Positions 25,394-38,067 of a stretch of DNA of 64,000 nt are shown here, one piece after another. The stretch covers positions 33,763,737 to 33,827,736 of the forward strand of contig CP154954.1 in the NCBI GenBank assembly GCA_039621445.1, given 5' to 3'. The stretch's first letter is position 1. Every line of letters starts with the position of its first letter. Origin of the DNA: Euglena gracilis. Its lineage: Eukaryota. A program made the position numbers and the translations under genes. Below the pieces are notes generated by a model. It saw only the letters and a list, made by a program, of their open reading frames with translations. It had not been told where the DNA came from and did not search any database.

Positions 25394-28300
25394 TTACACG
25401 TGGGAGCACCGCCTGAACTGGTTCACCGCCTTCCGGAGGCCTCTGTCCTTGGTTTCACCTTGGCGCTTTAGAGTTTTGTCACTCTGGTGGGCACTGGGCA
25501 TTTCGGGGGGGGGGGGAAGCCGCCCCCTGCCACCCCCTGGGCAGCCGCGGCCGTCGGGCCGGGGGGCCGACCGTCGCTGCCGCCTTCCTCTTCACCCCCT
25601 TGCCCTTGCCCTTGCCCTTCCCCTTGCCCTTGCCGGGGACGAGGGGCTTCTGGGGCAGCGCGGCCCCGGGGCCCCCCTTTCGAGCCCCCCCAACGTCACA
25701 GGGGGCTGGGAGGGGGGGGGCGGGGTGCTGGGCGGTGCCAATGGCCGGTGGTTTGTTGGGAGGAATTGGTGGGGCCGAAGGGGCGGCAGGAAACGTCCCC
25801 CTCCCCCTCCATGGACCGGGGGCCAACGTGTTGGGGGGGGGGGTCTGTGGCAGCCGCGCCAACGCCAGCGCAGGGGGCGCAACGGGGGAAAGGGTCGCCC
25901 CGCACGCCTTCCCACGGCGTTGTCCAGCCGAGGCCACACCATTGCTTGCCGGCCCTCGGGTGTGGGTTCACAATCCATTTTCAGAAAACAAGTGAGTCAA
26001 AGGGCCAAAATAATCACCCAAGCATCGTGTTCACATAGAAACTGTTCACGAATAAATCGGAACGTGCAATTTACTTAAGAGATCATCTGGTGAGAAAAAT
26101 TTAGTAAACTTTTGCAAACTATAAAATAAATAAATATAAATAAAACCCCCAACTCTCGCCTGTGCAAAACTGACACTCAGTTAATACCCTGTCCTCCCCC
26201 CGCCAAGACTTTGCACGTGTTGCAGCCAAGTGTCACAAAGGGCAGACCAGGGGTTGCACTGCTGAATGCACAATTGTTTTTTGTCGATTTTTCAAAAAAA
26301 TTACCCAAAAGTTTCTGCTCCCCGCAAAATAAACTTTGCGAGGCAGGAGGAAGTCGAAGGCTTATTTAGGGAGGAGGCTGCATCATTTTTTTTGGGCCCC
26401 TCTCCCGCTTCGGATTTTCCTGAACTTCAAAAAATACAAGAGTTAACCCCCCCAAAAAAGAATCCCCCCCCCTGGGCCGGGCGGAAAAAATGACACCCTG
26501 ATGGGGTAATAATGCAAACCAATATTACAATCCTTGCCAAAAAGGATTTTCTCCACAGCGCCAAGTTCTCAACAAATATACTTTTCTTCAAGAATGACTT
26601 CAGCCACGCAAACAATAAATCCCAGCAACGTCAAAGAAACTATGTACTTCTCCCAAATTCAAGGGCAAGCAGGGGCCTGGCTCTGGCACAGGTCCAGCAT
26701 GAACACCTGCTGCTCCGGGTTGCCCAGCACCCGGACCAGCCCCAGGCCGGGGGAGTAGCAAGTCCGGGCCGCCGCCCCACAGACAGGGAGGCCCCGGCAC
26801 CCGACGGTTCAACGTTTGCCTCCAGGACGAGAAAGGCGGTGCTAAACCTGTTGACGCAACGGCATCACCGCGAGGCGAGCTGGTTTCAAAAATATCCTGT
26901 CGGGTCCCGGCGTTTTGAAGCGGGCCCCAATTGTGCACCAAGGCTGGGTCACGCCCCGTTTCTGGGGTCAAATTAAAAAAAAAAACGACAGACTGCAAAA
27001 CACCAAAAAAATTCAACAAACGTGTATTTTGGGCATAAAAAGTGTACAAAAAGAAATCAGCATAAACCTCAAAGCAATAACCCCTGAATTTGGGGAGGGC
27101 ACCATTTTGATACAACTGTGTGCAAAATAGACATTTTTTTTTAGTATACAAATCCTTCAAGTTAAAGAACATATCCAAACATAACAGACTTTCCTTTTTT
27201 TTTGAGAAATGGCAGAAGCCCCCCCCCCTCGGGTTTTCCGCAGACTGACCGAATAGTAGCCCTGGGGGGCTTCTAATGGGGGGGGGTAATATGAAAGGCC
27301 TACTCTTGGGATAGGGCTAGGTTTTTGGTTAATTGAAAACAATAGGGTTTGAGGTTTCGGGAATAGAGTTAGGGTTAGGGTTTAGGCCTTTGGCCTAAAT
27401 TTCACCTAAATTCGGCCTAATTCAGGCCTAAATTTAGGCCTGATTTCGGCCCAAATCCCTAACTTTGGCCTAATCCTAACCATAATCCCTTTCTTAACAA
27501 CAATTGTAACCCTAACCCTGTCCCTAAAAATAACGAACACCACCAAAAACGTGTCGTAGAAAGCCCCCCTCAGCTTGTGTTCAAGAATGTGGACCTCCCT
27601 CCCCCGTTTAACTACTGGACCCCAAGGGGGGGGGGGGGGCAGTAGTTCAAGGCTGCCATTTGAAAATCCAATCGGTGGCTGGGTGTCCCAGATTCAAAAA
27701 GTGTGGAAACAGAGTCAAAAAGAGCGCGATTTCAAATAGCCTGGAAACGGTCCTGTTTTCATCACAAACAGGAAACTAATCGTGCACATAACCACGGAAA
27801 AAGTGTGTCCGTATTCATGACCACCAAACCATTCCGATCTAAAGGTATGAAACACATGCGAGCTGATACAAGTGGGTAAAGTGTTTTATCTCCAAGATGT
27901 TGCTGTATTAAAGAACTCCACAACCACAAGAAAAACTAAAATCTCACCAAAATTTTTGGCATCATAGCAAGAAGCGACTTTTCATATTTTTAACTGTGTT
28001 TATGAGATCTGAATCCGAGGATTCCTAAAAAAAATACCGTTTTGCTCCGCCGCGGAAGGTTATTCTGGTTTTTATGAAAGCATTCTGATGTACCTGAGAA
28101 TTTCAGTGTTACAATTCGCTGGATCCCCTCCCCTGAGCGCCCAGAATTGTCACCGACACCCTCCAAGGTTGTGAGGCGGTGCAAGCCACGCCACACCTTT
28201 CTGACTGTGGTCGGTGACAAGCCAATCAGGCCAAACTTAGGCCGCCCAATGAAAATTTGACTGGGCAAAGATCCCGAAAGCAGCACCAAAAACCCCGCAA

Positions 28301-31300
28301 ATTTTTTTTCAAAATTTTGGATGTCAGAGGTGACTTAAAAATTAAATCGGCTGCTGTTGTTGGCATCGCTGTGTTGTGGCAGGCAAGCACCTTCCCTCTT
28401 GTATCCACCATCATTGCAAGGAAGCGGCTCAAATCAAACCTTGATGACTGAGGCTGGATGCCACTCCACATATTCATCTCAGGAAAGGGGTAGCACTCTC
28501 TGAACCACCAGCGTCTTCCACAATGCTGCATCTCAGCTCGTTATTGAACCCACAAAAAAACTTCAGACCCATCACATTTGGCCAAAAAAGTCCCTGGTGG
28601 CCCTCCCTCTCCCATTCAATTGAGGTGCCGCTCCGCAATGTCCGCAATGCCCCACACGGGGCCATGACGGCGCTCGTCAGGAGGGCACACCACATTCCCT
28701 TTGTAAGCGCACAGCTGTGGGTGTTCCAGGGATTAAACAAGACGGCTGCAGCACCATCCAGACGGCATTCCGTGTCCCGCAATACAACTGGGCCAAATCA
28801 CAACAACTCGTTGACAACCAAGTTTCCCATAAGACATTTCTAAACCTCCTCCAGGGGGAGAAACTGCACGGGCCTACACGGGCCTGTCAAAAACTGCACC
28901 GCAAAAAAACTGCAAAAAACTGCAAAAAAAAACTGCAAAAAACTGCACTTCAACAAAAAATAACAATAAACAAGCTGAAAGGGTATGCATATGCAAAACA
29001 ACGTAAATTGCTACCGCATGAGCACGCCCCAATTCACTTAACTTTTTTTTGCACGGCTTTGGAGCCGATGACGACAAAAATGGGAGCAATCAATCAAGGT
29101 GCACTGTGCATGGTTTTTCATGCACTGAAATGCAAATCATGTGTCCGGATGACGGGTCACATCGGTTTTCCTGCATCAAAACTTGTGCCGACCATGCCCA
29201 CAAAGATGCCAAACGGCTGTCTTTCTAAATATGGGGAAAATGCACATTTACCCATACACAGAAATTTTCAATGCTTTCATTTCTTGCAGGGGATGTTCAG
29301 TTTGGAACTTCCGGTCCATCACCTGGTAAAGTTTCCCCATGTCACGATGAAAAAAAAAACTACAAAAACCACCACAAACTTTGAACATTGTCCTTAGGGG
29401 AATGCCAAATGGTCTACAACCTGGGAATTTCTTGCAAATAAGAAAGAACTTCTTGCTCTTTGAAGCATTTGGCTTATGTGACATTTGGCCACAATGCTTG
29501 GGGCAAGACCCAATCTTCTTCAGGAGCTCCTTTGCAGCACCATGAATTTCGAAATCCTCAACTCCAACTGCAACCAAAATTTGCACAAAAAAAAGTTTTT
29601 GTATTTAGTCCCTAGGAATCCCGACATAAATAGTTGAATCTGCTCAGGAGTGCGCAAATGACACTTGCCAAAATGAGCATCGTCAAATCTATCAGCACAG
29701 GCTGGAGATGAAGCAATTTTGGTTGGGGAGTAATTGTGGTCTTGTCACCGAGACAATCTGTTGTTTTTTTTTTGGGGATGGTGGCTGCACCAATCTGTGT
29801 TTTTAAGAGGCAAGGCAGTTAGCAAGACAGTTGGGGGCAAAACAATTGGTGGGATAACTGTAGACAACACAACTCCTGAGAGATGATGCCTTTTCTTGAG
29901 AAACACCCTTCAAAACATATAATCCAGCACCAAAAAAAAAACAGACACGTCAGGTTTCCTCAAAATTGGAATAAAAAAAAACTGCAAAAAACTGCATCTG
30001 TGCAGTTTTATTTCAAAAAAAAGGTGCAAAAAAACTGCAAAAAAACTGTAAAAAAAACTGCAAAAAACCCCCCAAAACGTGAAAACTGCAAAAAAAACTG
30101 CAAAAACTGCACGGTGCATATCCCCCCCTGGCTCCTCCCTCCCCCTGCATTCGTGTGTCATTTTGCAAGGCCCCATCTGGACCAGGCTGGCCAGGTTGGG
30201 CATGTTCTACGACTCTCCCAGATGAACGTGCCATCACAGCAGAACCTTAGTGTTTGACCACTCACCACCACCGCGTGTCTATGACATACAGGCTATTTTG
30301 AATTGCACACATCCCAGATGAAAGCAGTGGGTTCCGACTTCGTCTCCCCCTCCTTCTAGTGCCTCTTCCGACCACTCAGGCCTTCGAAGTCGTTGCCCTG
30401 AAAATTTTAATCTTCAGAACGAAGCGTGACTCTGCTTCCTTCTGGCCGCTTTAAATTTTTTTGGGAGTTTCTGTTGCACCTCCTCCTGCCCCTCATTTCT
30501 GCCGATTGACGTCCAAAACGAAGCGGGTTTTGGCAATCTCCGCTTCCCCTTCTCTTCCCATCTTCGCTAAAACCCCCATTTTGGTCATTTTGCATTTTGG
30601 CGACTCGGCATACAGTGGAACTGGGCAATGACGAAAAATTGTTTTCGCTTCGCCTGAAAATTTTGTGTACTTTTCGCCGTTGACTTCCACTGAAAGCATG
30701 CCCCTTTTTTGCTCATTTGGGCCTCTTGTAGAAATCCATTACTCCAAACCAAAACGGACTGTTCCAAAAAAGGTTAAAAACTTTAGGGGGTCGAACGAAG
30801 CGGATTTCCACTTCCTTCTCCGCTTCAAACCTTCAACAACTTTTGGGCAACTTACGCCGCCCAAGCCAAACCTCCAGGGTTTGCCTGTTTTTATTCTTCT
30901 TCAGCTATTTAACACAATTAAGCTAATTAAGTTAATTTGCAGTTGCGGTTGGTCGCCAACACACAGCAGGTGGGGTGGTGGAGCCCAGCCCGCAGCCCAG
31001 TGAACAGCAGCCCTGCTGCGCCCCAACCGAGGCAACGGCCCGTGGGGACGGCCCCCTTCAGGCCCTTCCGCTTCCACACCCAGTCCCCCCCGGGGACCCG
31101 CTGCAGCGTGCCGAGGTGCTCCTCCGGGAAGCACCCGTCGAGGTGGGCCATGAGGGCCTCCGGTGGCCCCGTGAACCTGCGGCACGGGAGGACGATGGGA
31201 GAGGGAGGGGGACGGTTGGGGAGGAGGGCTGGGCTTGGGGTGGGGCCTGTGAATGAAATGCGGGGGGGGGGGGGGGGGGAGGCCGCGGGGGGAAGGGGGG

Positions 31301-34300
31301 GGGAGGAGGACTGGGGGGTGTGGGTAAACTTTCCACTTTTCTCAACGATTGATGACACTATGCGATTTGCAGCATTCTTTTTTTGGAAATTCAGCACCAT
31401 GACCTTGCTTGACAATACTTGAGCTTGAACAGAAAGCGCGCAAAATTTTTTTTTGCATTTTCATTGGTCGGCAGGAGATGGTCGGTATGAATGTGTAAAT
31501 ATGGAGAGTGGGAAGCAGCCCCAAAATTTATAGGTGTCAGTTTTGGTGTGCACGACGGGGGAGGCACACATCAAGTGGGAGTAAAACCACCCAAAATAAT
31601 GTCCCTGAGGGTCGGACTTCGACCGAGGAGTAAATATCCCCCTGCCAAGGACTTCGCACGTGTTGACGGTGGGCAATATTCTTTTTAAGGGCCTTAAAAA
31701 CCTTACAAGAACTTTAAAAATTGGTACCGGAAAATATTTTTCGAATTTTGAGCAAAAAAAAATCACAAAATCTCGGCAAAAACAAATCAACTTCGCGATA
31801 AAATTATTTCTGGCATCGCTGGAAAATTGTCTCTCCACCCAAAACTTAAAACTTAAAAAAAAAATGTGTTTGATTTTTAACCTGGACAGACGTTGTTTCG
31901 ATGCCCGGATGGCTCTTTGACAGCCTGTGAAAAAATGGACGCCTTAAAAATTCTTAAAAATTTGAAAATGCCTGAAAAACCTTAAAAAAACCTTTTAAAA
32001 ACGCCTTAAAAAACCTTTAGTTTTTTAAAAAATTAAAAATAATTGTGCCTGGTTGCTGCCAAGGGTCGCAAAGGCCCGTGCAGTTCTTTCCCTCCCCAAC
32101 ATTCCCGCTGTTTGAGAGACAATCTCTCTTGAGCAAATGCACAAGAGGTGTTCAAGCATTTTCTCTCGCCATAGTTGTTTTGGGGCCCTTGTCCTACCTC
32201 GGATTTTTTGGACTTCAAAAAATTCAGGAGTTAATAACCCCCCCAAATAATCCCCCCCTGGGCCGGAAAATAATACCCGGGGGGTATGATTTATTATTTT
32301 GGGAGGGGGATTCAGACTGATTTGAAAAGGCATCTGCAAACCACCACATTGGGTGGACACGGCCAGAGAGGCGTCGGAGAGCCATTTCATTTGCAGTGTT
32401 CGGCCCGAGACCCCAGCCCCCGCCCCGAGGTGGCCGGGGGAGGGCAGGCCTGCGGCACAGCCGGCGCTCTGCGTCCTCCGCCGTCTCCGGGGCGGCGGCC
32501 TGCACGGCCCGCTTGGCGCGGCGGCGGACGCTGCTGTGGGCGGTCGGCCGGCGCCGCGCCCGCCAGCTGGCGTGGGGGATGGGAGGGGCCAGACCCTACC
32601 CTGGCCGGGGGGCCGGGGGGGGGGAGTGGGTGATGGCCCAGGGGGGTGGGGTGAGTTTTTTTTTTGAGTTCGAAAATCGGAATGGCAACGTTGGAGTTGG
32701 GTTGGCGGCCGACGATAAAACGGAGGGGATGGGTTGGTGGCAACCGTTTCAGTGAAGAGACAGATGGCCAGAGATGGGGGAAGATGGCCAAAGATGGGAT
32801 TCTGTCGGTTTCGAAAGACATGTTATGACCAAAATTTCACAATGCTGATCAACGTCATTTTGTCCCATTTGAGTCTGGCAGGGTTGCACCTTCGAGTTAA
32901 GGTCTGGGCGTGATCCACGGCGTTGGGGGCGGGGTGGCACCCGTCAAGGATTTGTCTCAGAGCAAAGCTGTGGGCACTGTGTGTGCCTGTATGTTCGTGT
33001 GCTGTGTTGTGTTGTGTTGTGTTGTGTTGTGTTGTGTTGTGTTGTGTTGCGTTTGTGTTGCGTTGTGCTGCGTTGTTCTGTGTGTGTGTGTGTTTCTGTT
33101 TGTACGTTGTGTGTATGTGTGCAAACGTGTGCGTGCGTGCGAGGGTGTATGCACGGACAGGGTGTCACCAGAAATCGATTGCAGTGATGCCACCACAAAC
33201 CTGGGCAAAACAATGGTGACCAAGTTGGAAGTAGACCTATCCCAACCTCAGTGACGGTCGGCTGCAAAGAGGGAGCATGGCCGTCCCGGGCAGGGGGACC
33301 TCCGGGCTGCGGCGGACACTGCCCAGCCGGACCCACTCCGCCTCCGGGAGCTCCCACGGCTGGGCCGCCTGGCGCATCACCGGCAGGCTGGCGGGCCACT
33401 GCGGGTGCACGCCGAAGTCGAACACCCCCACGGGCACGATGGGCCGGGGGCAGGGGCGGCGCACTGCTGTGACCCCCCGGATATCACAACCCCCTGCCAG
33501 GACATTAAAATCAGAGCTGCACACCCCCTCCCCTGATGGAATTGCAAAAAGCAAATCACGAAAAAAATATCATTGTGTGGCAATTTTTTTGTTATTTAGT
33601 GTGAACCATCATTTTCCCTTACAAATGGTGCCCAGCTAAGAAATGTTGGAAAGCACATGTGTGTTTCTGGACCCGAATTTTTGAGGGTGAAATGTGCCCC
33701 CCCCAATAAAAACCTTGAAATCTCACCCCAGTATAAAGGATAAACTACACAGAAATGGTGCTCGAAAAATGGGGTGGTGGTCCTTGCCCGAGGGTTCAAC
33801 GTAAGGGCAGGTGGAGGAGGTCAGAACCCTCTTCGGTCCAGGAGGGAAGGGACACCCCTTCCCTAAACAGGCGCAGTCCGGTGACCGGTGTCAACGGTGT
33901 CAATCGAAATCAGAATCAGCGGTGTCCGGTGATTGTCGGTCTTGGCGCGAATTGCTGGACCGAAAATCTCTGCCCCAAAGACGGCCAAAGATGCATTTTT
34001 GGGCACTTCTTGGGCAAAAATACGTCTAAAATGCAAAAATTTTGGGCGCAAAGCGCCAGAAGGAAAATTTTGATGTTTTGGGGGGTCCCGGGTACATCCC
34101 CCCCTTGGCAGGGGGGTCAGGTGGAGGTGTCCCCCGGTCCAGCAGGGGGTACACCCCGCACCTTCACCTTGAACGCCTCCTTATATCGAACCCTGCCTTG
34201 CCCTCAGCGATACTCAAAGTGATGGCTGGACCTGCGTTGCCGCCACCCCTGGGTTGCCCTCACGCCGGTGCGTCCCGCGGTGCCACTTGTCGTTGAGCGG

Positions 34301-37300
34301 CATCCTCAGGCTTCCGGTGGCAGTCCGCCATTCATGCCTGACACCATCTGCAGTCAATGGTTTCTCGCAAAAAAAAAACAACAAAAAATGCACATGCACT
34401 GCACACAAAGTGCACATGTGTGTATGAAGCTCTCTGTGTACAGAGCAGAAGATGTACCCTCCGACAGATTGCCACTTGAAAGGTTGACCATTGCTGGGGA
34501 CTTTGATAACTTCTGACAATTACTGGTTGGCTGGCAATCAGCGACCAGCATGGGTAATCATTTGTCCTCCATAGGGTTATTATTATTCGAAAAATTGGTT
34601 AAAACCTGGGGAGGGGATGGGGGGGGGGGGCTATTTTTGGGGGCTATTCTTGGAGGTTTTGCGTCGAAAAATAAATGCATTTGAGCGTTTACAGCAAATC
34701 AAAAAAAAATAATGATTGAAACCCCCCAGTGTTACATCACCGTGTAAAATGGAACTGCTCAAGCTCAAGCTTTCCGTGGGGGGTCCAGCCGGCTGAGGGA
34801 TGGCTGGTACCCGAAAATGGGCAAGCAACCCCAAATCCAGCTGGGTTGGAATTTCCAACCAAATATTTGAAGGTGAAACACCCAAAACCCCTCGAAAATA
34901 CCACTTTGCGCCATTCTGTCCAAGTTCCAAAGTTTACGGTGCTTTGTGCCGAAAACCATTTTTTCCCAGTCCCAACTTAATTTCAGTGAACCCGCGGGGG
35001 TCCAAAGTCCAGATGGGGCCTCCTGCTGAAAAAAAAAAACCTCTAGCTGGCTGGACCCCCCGGGGGGGGGGGGTCCTCTCCGGCCGAAGGAAACCCCTGC
35101 CTGCCTGCCTGCCTGCCTGTCAGCATGCAACTCCCAGGCACAGCGTGGCGAACGGCCGGAGAGGCGGAGGCAAGGCGGCAATGGCGGGCCGGGCGGCGCG
35201 CACGGCAGTGATGTCGAACACGACGTTCCACAGCTCCGCCGGGGGCGGGGGCGGCACGCGGCCCGTCGGGTCGGCCATCACCGCCAGCAGGTTGGCCGAG
35301 AGACCGGCCAGCGGGCCCCACGGCCCCTGCGACGCGGCGTTCAGGACGTCCGAGGCAGGCGCCGGGCCGGTGCGCATGGCACCCCCCCCACCCGGCCGTC
35401 ACGGTGCAGTGTGGTGTAGTGGGGGTATCAGGGCATCGGGGCAGGGCCTGGCCCACCGTCTTGAGGCGCACCACGTGGGCGCGCTCCGTGTCGACGTGGA
35501 TGTCGGGCCACACGCAATGGAAGCTGGTCTTGGCGCCGACGAGAGGCATATGCTTTTTGGAGTATGCGTCCATGCGCACACCTGTGCACATATTGTGTGT
35601 ATGCATGTGTGTATGCATGTGTGTGTGTGTGTGTGTTTCAGTATGGGGTACACCATTCCGAAGGCAAGTTTGCGGCGCCAGAGCCCCTCGCCGGCCGGGG
35701 CAGTCCTTCTCCTTGCTCCAGCCGCTGCCGGTGAAGAGCAACAGCCGCAGCGGCCGCAGGCACGGGAACATGTCCAGCAGGATGCGGGCCCGGAACCGCC
35801 AGAACGCAAACTCGTCCCTGGGGACCGCCTGCCCACCGGGCGGGGGAGGGGGGGCGGAAGGTGGGGGCGACGCCTCCCGGGATGGCAATGCGTTGATGCC
35901 GGGGCCGGCGATGCACATCGGGGATGGCTTTGGGGTGTCGTGCAGAAGACAATGGACCTTTGGGGTTGGGGGTGTGGACATCGGATGACGTCCCTCAGAC
36001 CAAGCTTTGAGATAAGGGCAGGTGGGAGGGCCCCCCCTTGGTTGGGGGGACACCCCCAACTGAACCCCGACCACCTCCCCCCCCTCCCCCCCATAGGGGT
36101 TCCCTGGCTGGAACTGGGCCCAACCCGGGGAAAAATCGAAACTCCAAAATGCCCCCAAAAACTGTCAGTTATGCAAAAAAAAAAAACGATTTTTTGACCC
36201 AAATTTGCCCTGGCCAGCCCAAATCCAACTCATTTTTGCCAATTTTCACCCATTTTTGCACCTCTGAAAGCCAAAAATCCATCACCATCCAGCTGCCCAA
36301 AGGACAGCTGGGAAATAAATAAACCTCGTCGATGGGGGGGGGGGTCCGGGGCTGGAAAACGGCTGCTGGCTGGCAGGACCCCCAGGGGGGGGGGAAGGGT
36401 GCCCTTTGGCTTAAGAGACGCCCTGGGGTTCTGCAGCCCAGCTGGGAGTGCTGGCTGGAGAAAAGGTGCTGGCTCGCTAGACCCCCTCCCGGGGGTAGGG
36501 TGGATCCGGTTTGAGAAATTCCCTGATTTAGAAATCAATGCACTCACCGATGATGGTGATGTCCAAAATAAAGGTTGCCCAAGGTGTCCTTTGCCACTTG
36601 CCGAGCTGTTCTGAGGCCAAATGGTCAGGCTCACCGCGGTCAATCATGGTGAGTGTGCCGACCGTCTTTCCTTTCTGTCTGAGCAGGCAGGCACGCGGCG
36701 GCGTTGTGCAGCAGCTCGTTGGGGGGCTGGGCCAGGGGCTCCCCCTGATGCGCCGGGCTTCACTGAAATGCCTTTCCAGTGGGCACACAGCCGCCCAAAC
36801 CGTTCCCCCCCAACGTGTGAAGCTCCAGGAATGCCGGCCGACTGGTCAAAAAAGAACACCCAGTTCGGGCCCTTGGGAGGGTTCCCGTGAAAATAGCAGC
36901 ACGGTAATTGACTTTTGGGACATCGTGCAATGTTGCACATGATGTCTTTGAATGTCTGAACCTCGAAGGCGATGAAAAACATTTTCTCCGCATTCTCTCT
37001 GGTGAACAAAAAATAGCTTCTTTTGGCAAAAAAAAATTGTCGATGAACATTTTGGGGGATTCACACCTTGCCTTGGTGACATGACAATCCGGACCACCTG
37101 TTGGAACGGAGGCCCTGCTGGGCACACTGCGGAGCAAGCAGGTCGATGTCCTCCGTGTACGGGTGGCGCCACCGCTGCGTGTCGCGGCATAAACCCCCCC
37201 CAAAAATAAGACCCCGGGTCCATTTCATGGGTCGGTTGCTGGAAGGCCCGAGGGGGGGTCTTATTCATGGGGGGGGGTCCATTTTATGGATTTTTTCTGG

Positions 37301-38067
37301 AAAAATTTTCGACCCCAAAATGTCCAAAAATGCCCCCCAAAATACCATTTTTCGGCGCTTCGCGCCAGACAAATAGGGGAAAATATGCTGAATTGTATGG
37401 AAACTGTCCCAAAATGACAGATTTACCCCCCAAAATGGCCCTTTTTTCAAAAATCTGGCGCTTCGCGCCGGCAGGGGGGGTCTTATTCATGGGGGGGTCC
37501 ATTTCATGGATTTTTGCTCGGACCGGCCAGGGGGGTCTTATTTTTTGGGGAGGGTCCATTTTATGGGGGGGGTCTTATTTTTGGGGGGGGTTAGGTCCAT
37601 CCCCACGTCCCACCGGCAGGGATTGCATGGCGCTGCGGTGGGCAGTGCAGGGTGTGGCGCTCCACCAGCGTGAGTGGTCGCCCAGCGCGGTGGCACGCCG
37701 CTGGCCCCAGGGCTGCCCACCGGGCCTTGCCAAAGGGGGGGGGAGGGGGGGCGTGCCCATGGCAGAGTGCTTCCCTGCCCCCAGGGGGAGGAAAGCAACC
37801 CGGTGCCTCAAAAAAAAAAACGTGACACAAAAAAAAACAGGAAAAAACACAAATAAACTCAAATAAACACAAAAATCACAAGTTGCATGTAAAATACTTC
37901 AGGAGCTCCTCCAAAATGTGGACCCCCCCCCCGGTGTGAACCCCGGCCCACACCTTGGGTAGGCCTGGCCACAGCCTCACAGAGGGTGGGGGCCAGCTCG
38001 TCAGGGACCTTCAGCTTGCCGGTCGGGGTGAGGAAGTCCCGGCCGCCCATGAGGCTCGAATGGGTCG
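25394..38067 (-). CDS. Archaeo-eukaryotic primase (AEP/PrimPol-like, NCLDV-type) domain protein, multi-exon; 5' part extends further upstream
   Basis: Exons ~38067-37971, 37702-~37660, ~37178-37100, ~36745-36697, 35828-35697, 35531-35454, 35350-35195, 34315-34255 and 33445-~33280. They give THSSLMGG..TGKLKVPDE..EAVAACHRAGRPLTLVERH..RHPYTEDIDLL (motif I DxD)..FTGSGWSKEKDCPKTSFHCVWPDIHVD (motif II SxH)..WNVVFDITAVRAGSLRMPLNDK (motif III D)..EGRPIVP..WVRLGSVRR. Likely downstream exons lie at ~32570-32445, ~31180-31045, ~26750-26685, ~25670-25530 (GK repeat) and ~25465-25394 (stop). Confidence 0.82.
27211..27657. mobile_element. GGCAG...CTGCC element with AT flanks and internal TTAGGG/CCTAA-like repeats
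   Basis: AT|GGCAG...CTGCC|AT; internal TTAGGGTTAGGGTTTAGG and CCTAACCCT. Same architecture as 51523-51808. Confidence 0.6.
28852..30130. mobile_element. CAGGGGG...TGCATATCCCCCCCTG family element with AAAACTGC subterminal repeats and ~0.85 kb of internal sequence
   Basis: Termini match the 22770 and 39724 copies. Flanks CCTCCTC / GCTCCTC (6/7). AAAAAACTGC arrays at 28890-28950 and 29975-30110. Confidence 0.6.
32990..33145. repeat. (GTGTT)n / (GT)n microsatellite
   Basis: Direct inspection. Confidence 0.9.
33446..34254 (-). other. Non-conventional intron, 809 bp
   Basis: accCAGgggtggcg...cgccgcccCTGccccc; removal gives REGRPIVP. Confidence 0.85.
34316..35194 (-). other. Non-conventional intron, 879 bp
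   Basis: gccCGGcccgccatt...aatggcggaCTGccacc stem; removal gives VRA|GSLRMP. Confidence 0.85.
35351..35453 (-). other. Non-conventional intron, 103 bp
   Basis: ggcCAGgccc...ggcgcCTGcctcg; removal gives KTV|DVLN. Confidence 0.85.
35532..35696 (-). other. Non-conventional intron, 165 bp (stop-free, in frame)
   Basis: ggcCGGcgagg...ctcgTCGgcgcc stem containing a (CA)n tract; removal gives KDCP|KTSFH. Confidence 0.75.
37188..37594. mobile_element. MITE with ~25-bp TIRs inside an AEP intron
   Basis: AACCCCCCCAAAAATAAGACCCC ... GGGGTCTTATTTTTGGGGGGGGTTA, with internal repeats of GGGGGTCTTATTCATGGGGGGGTCCATTT. Confidence 0.75.
37703..37970 (-). other. Non-conventional intron, 268 bp
   Basis: ggcCAGgcc...gccCTGgggcc; removal gives EAVAACHR. 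Confidence 0.78.

Noticed and set aside
27360-27520. Telomere
   Set aside because: Only a few degenerate TTAGGG units, internal to a putative transposon.
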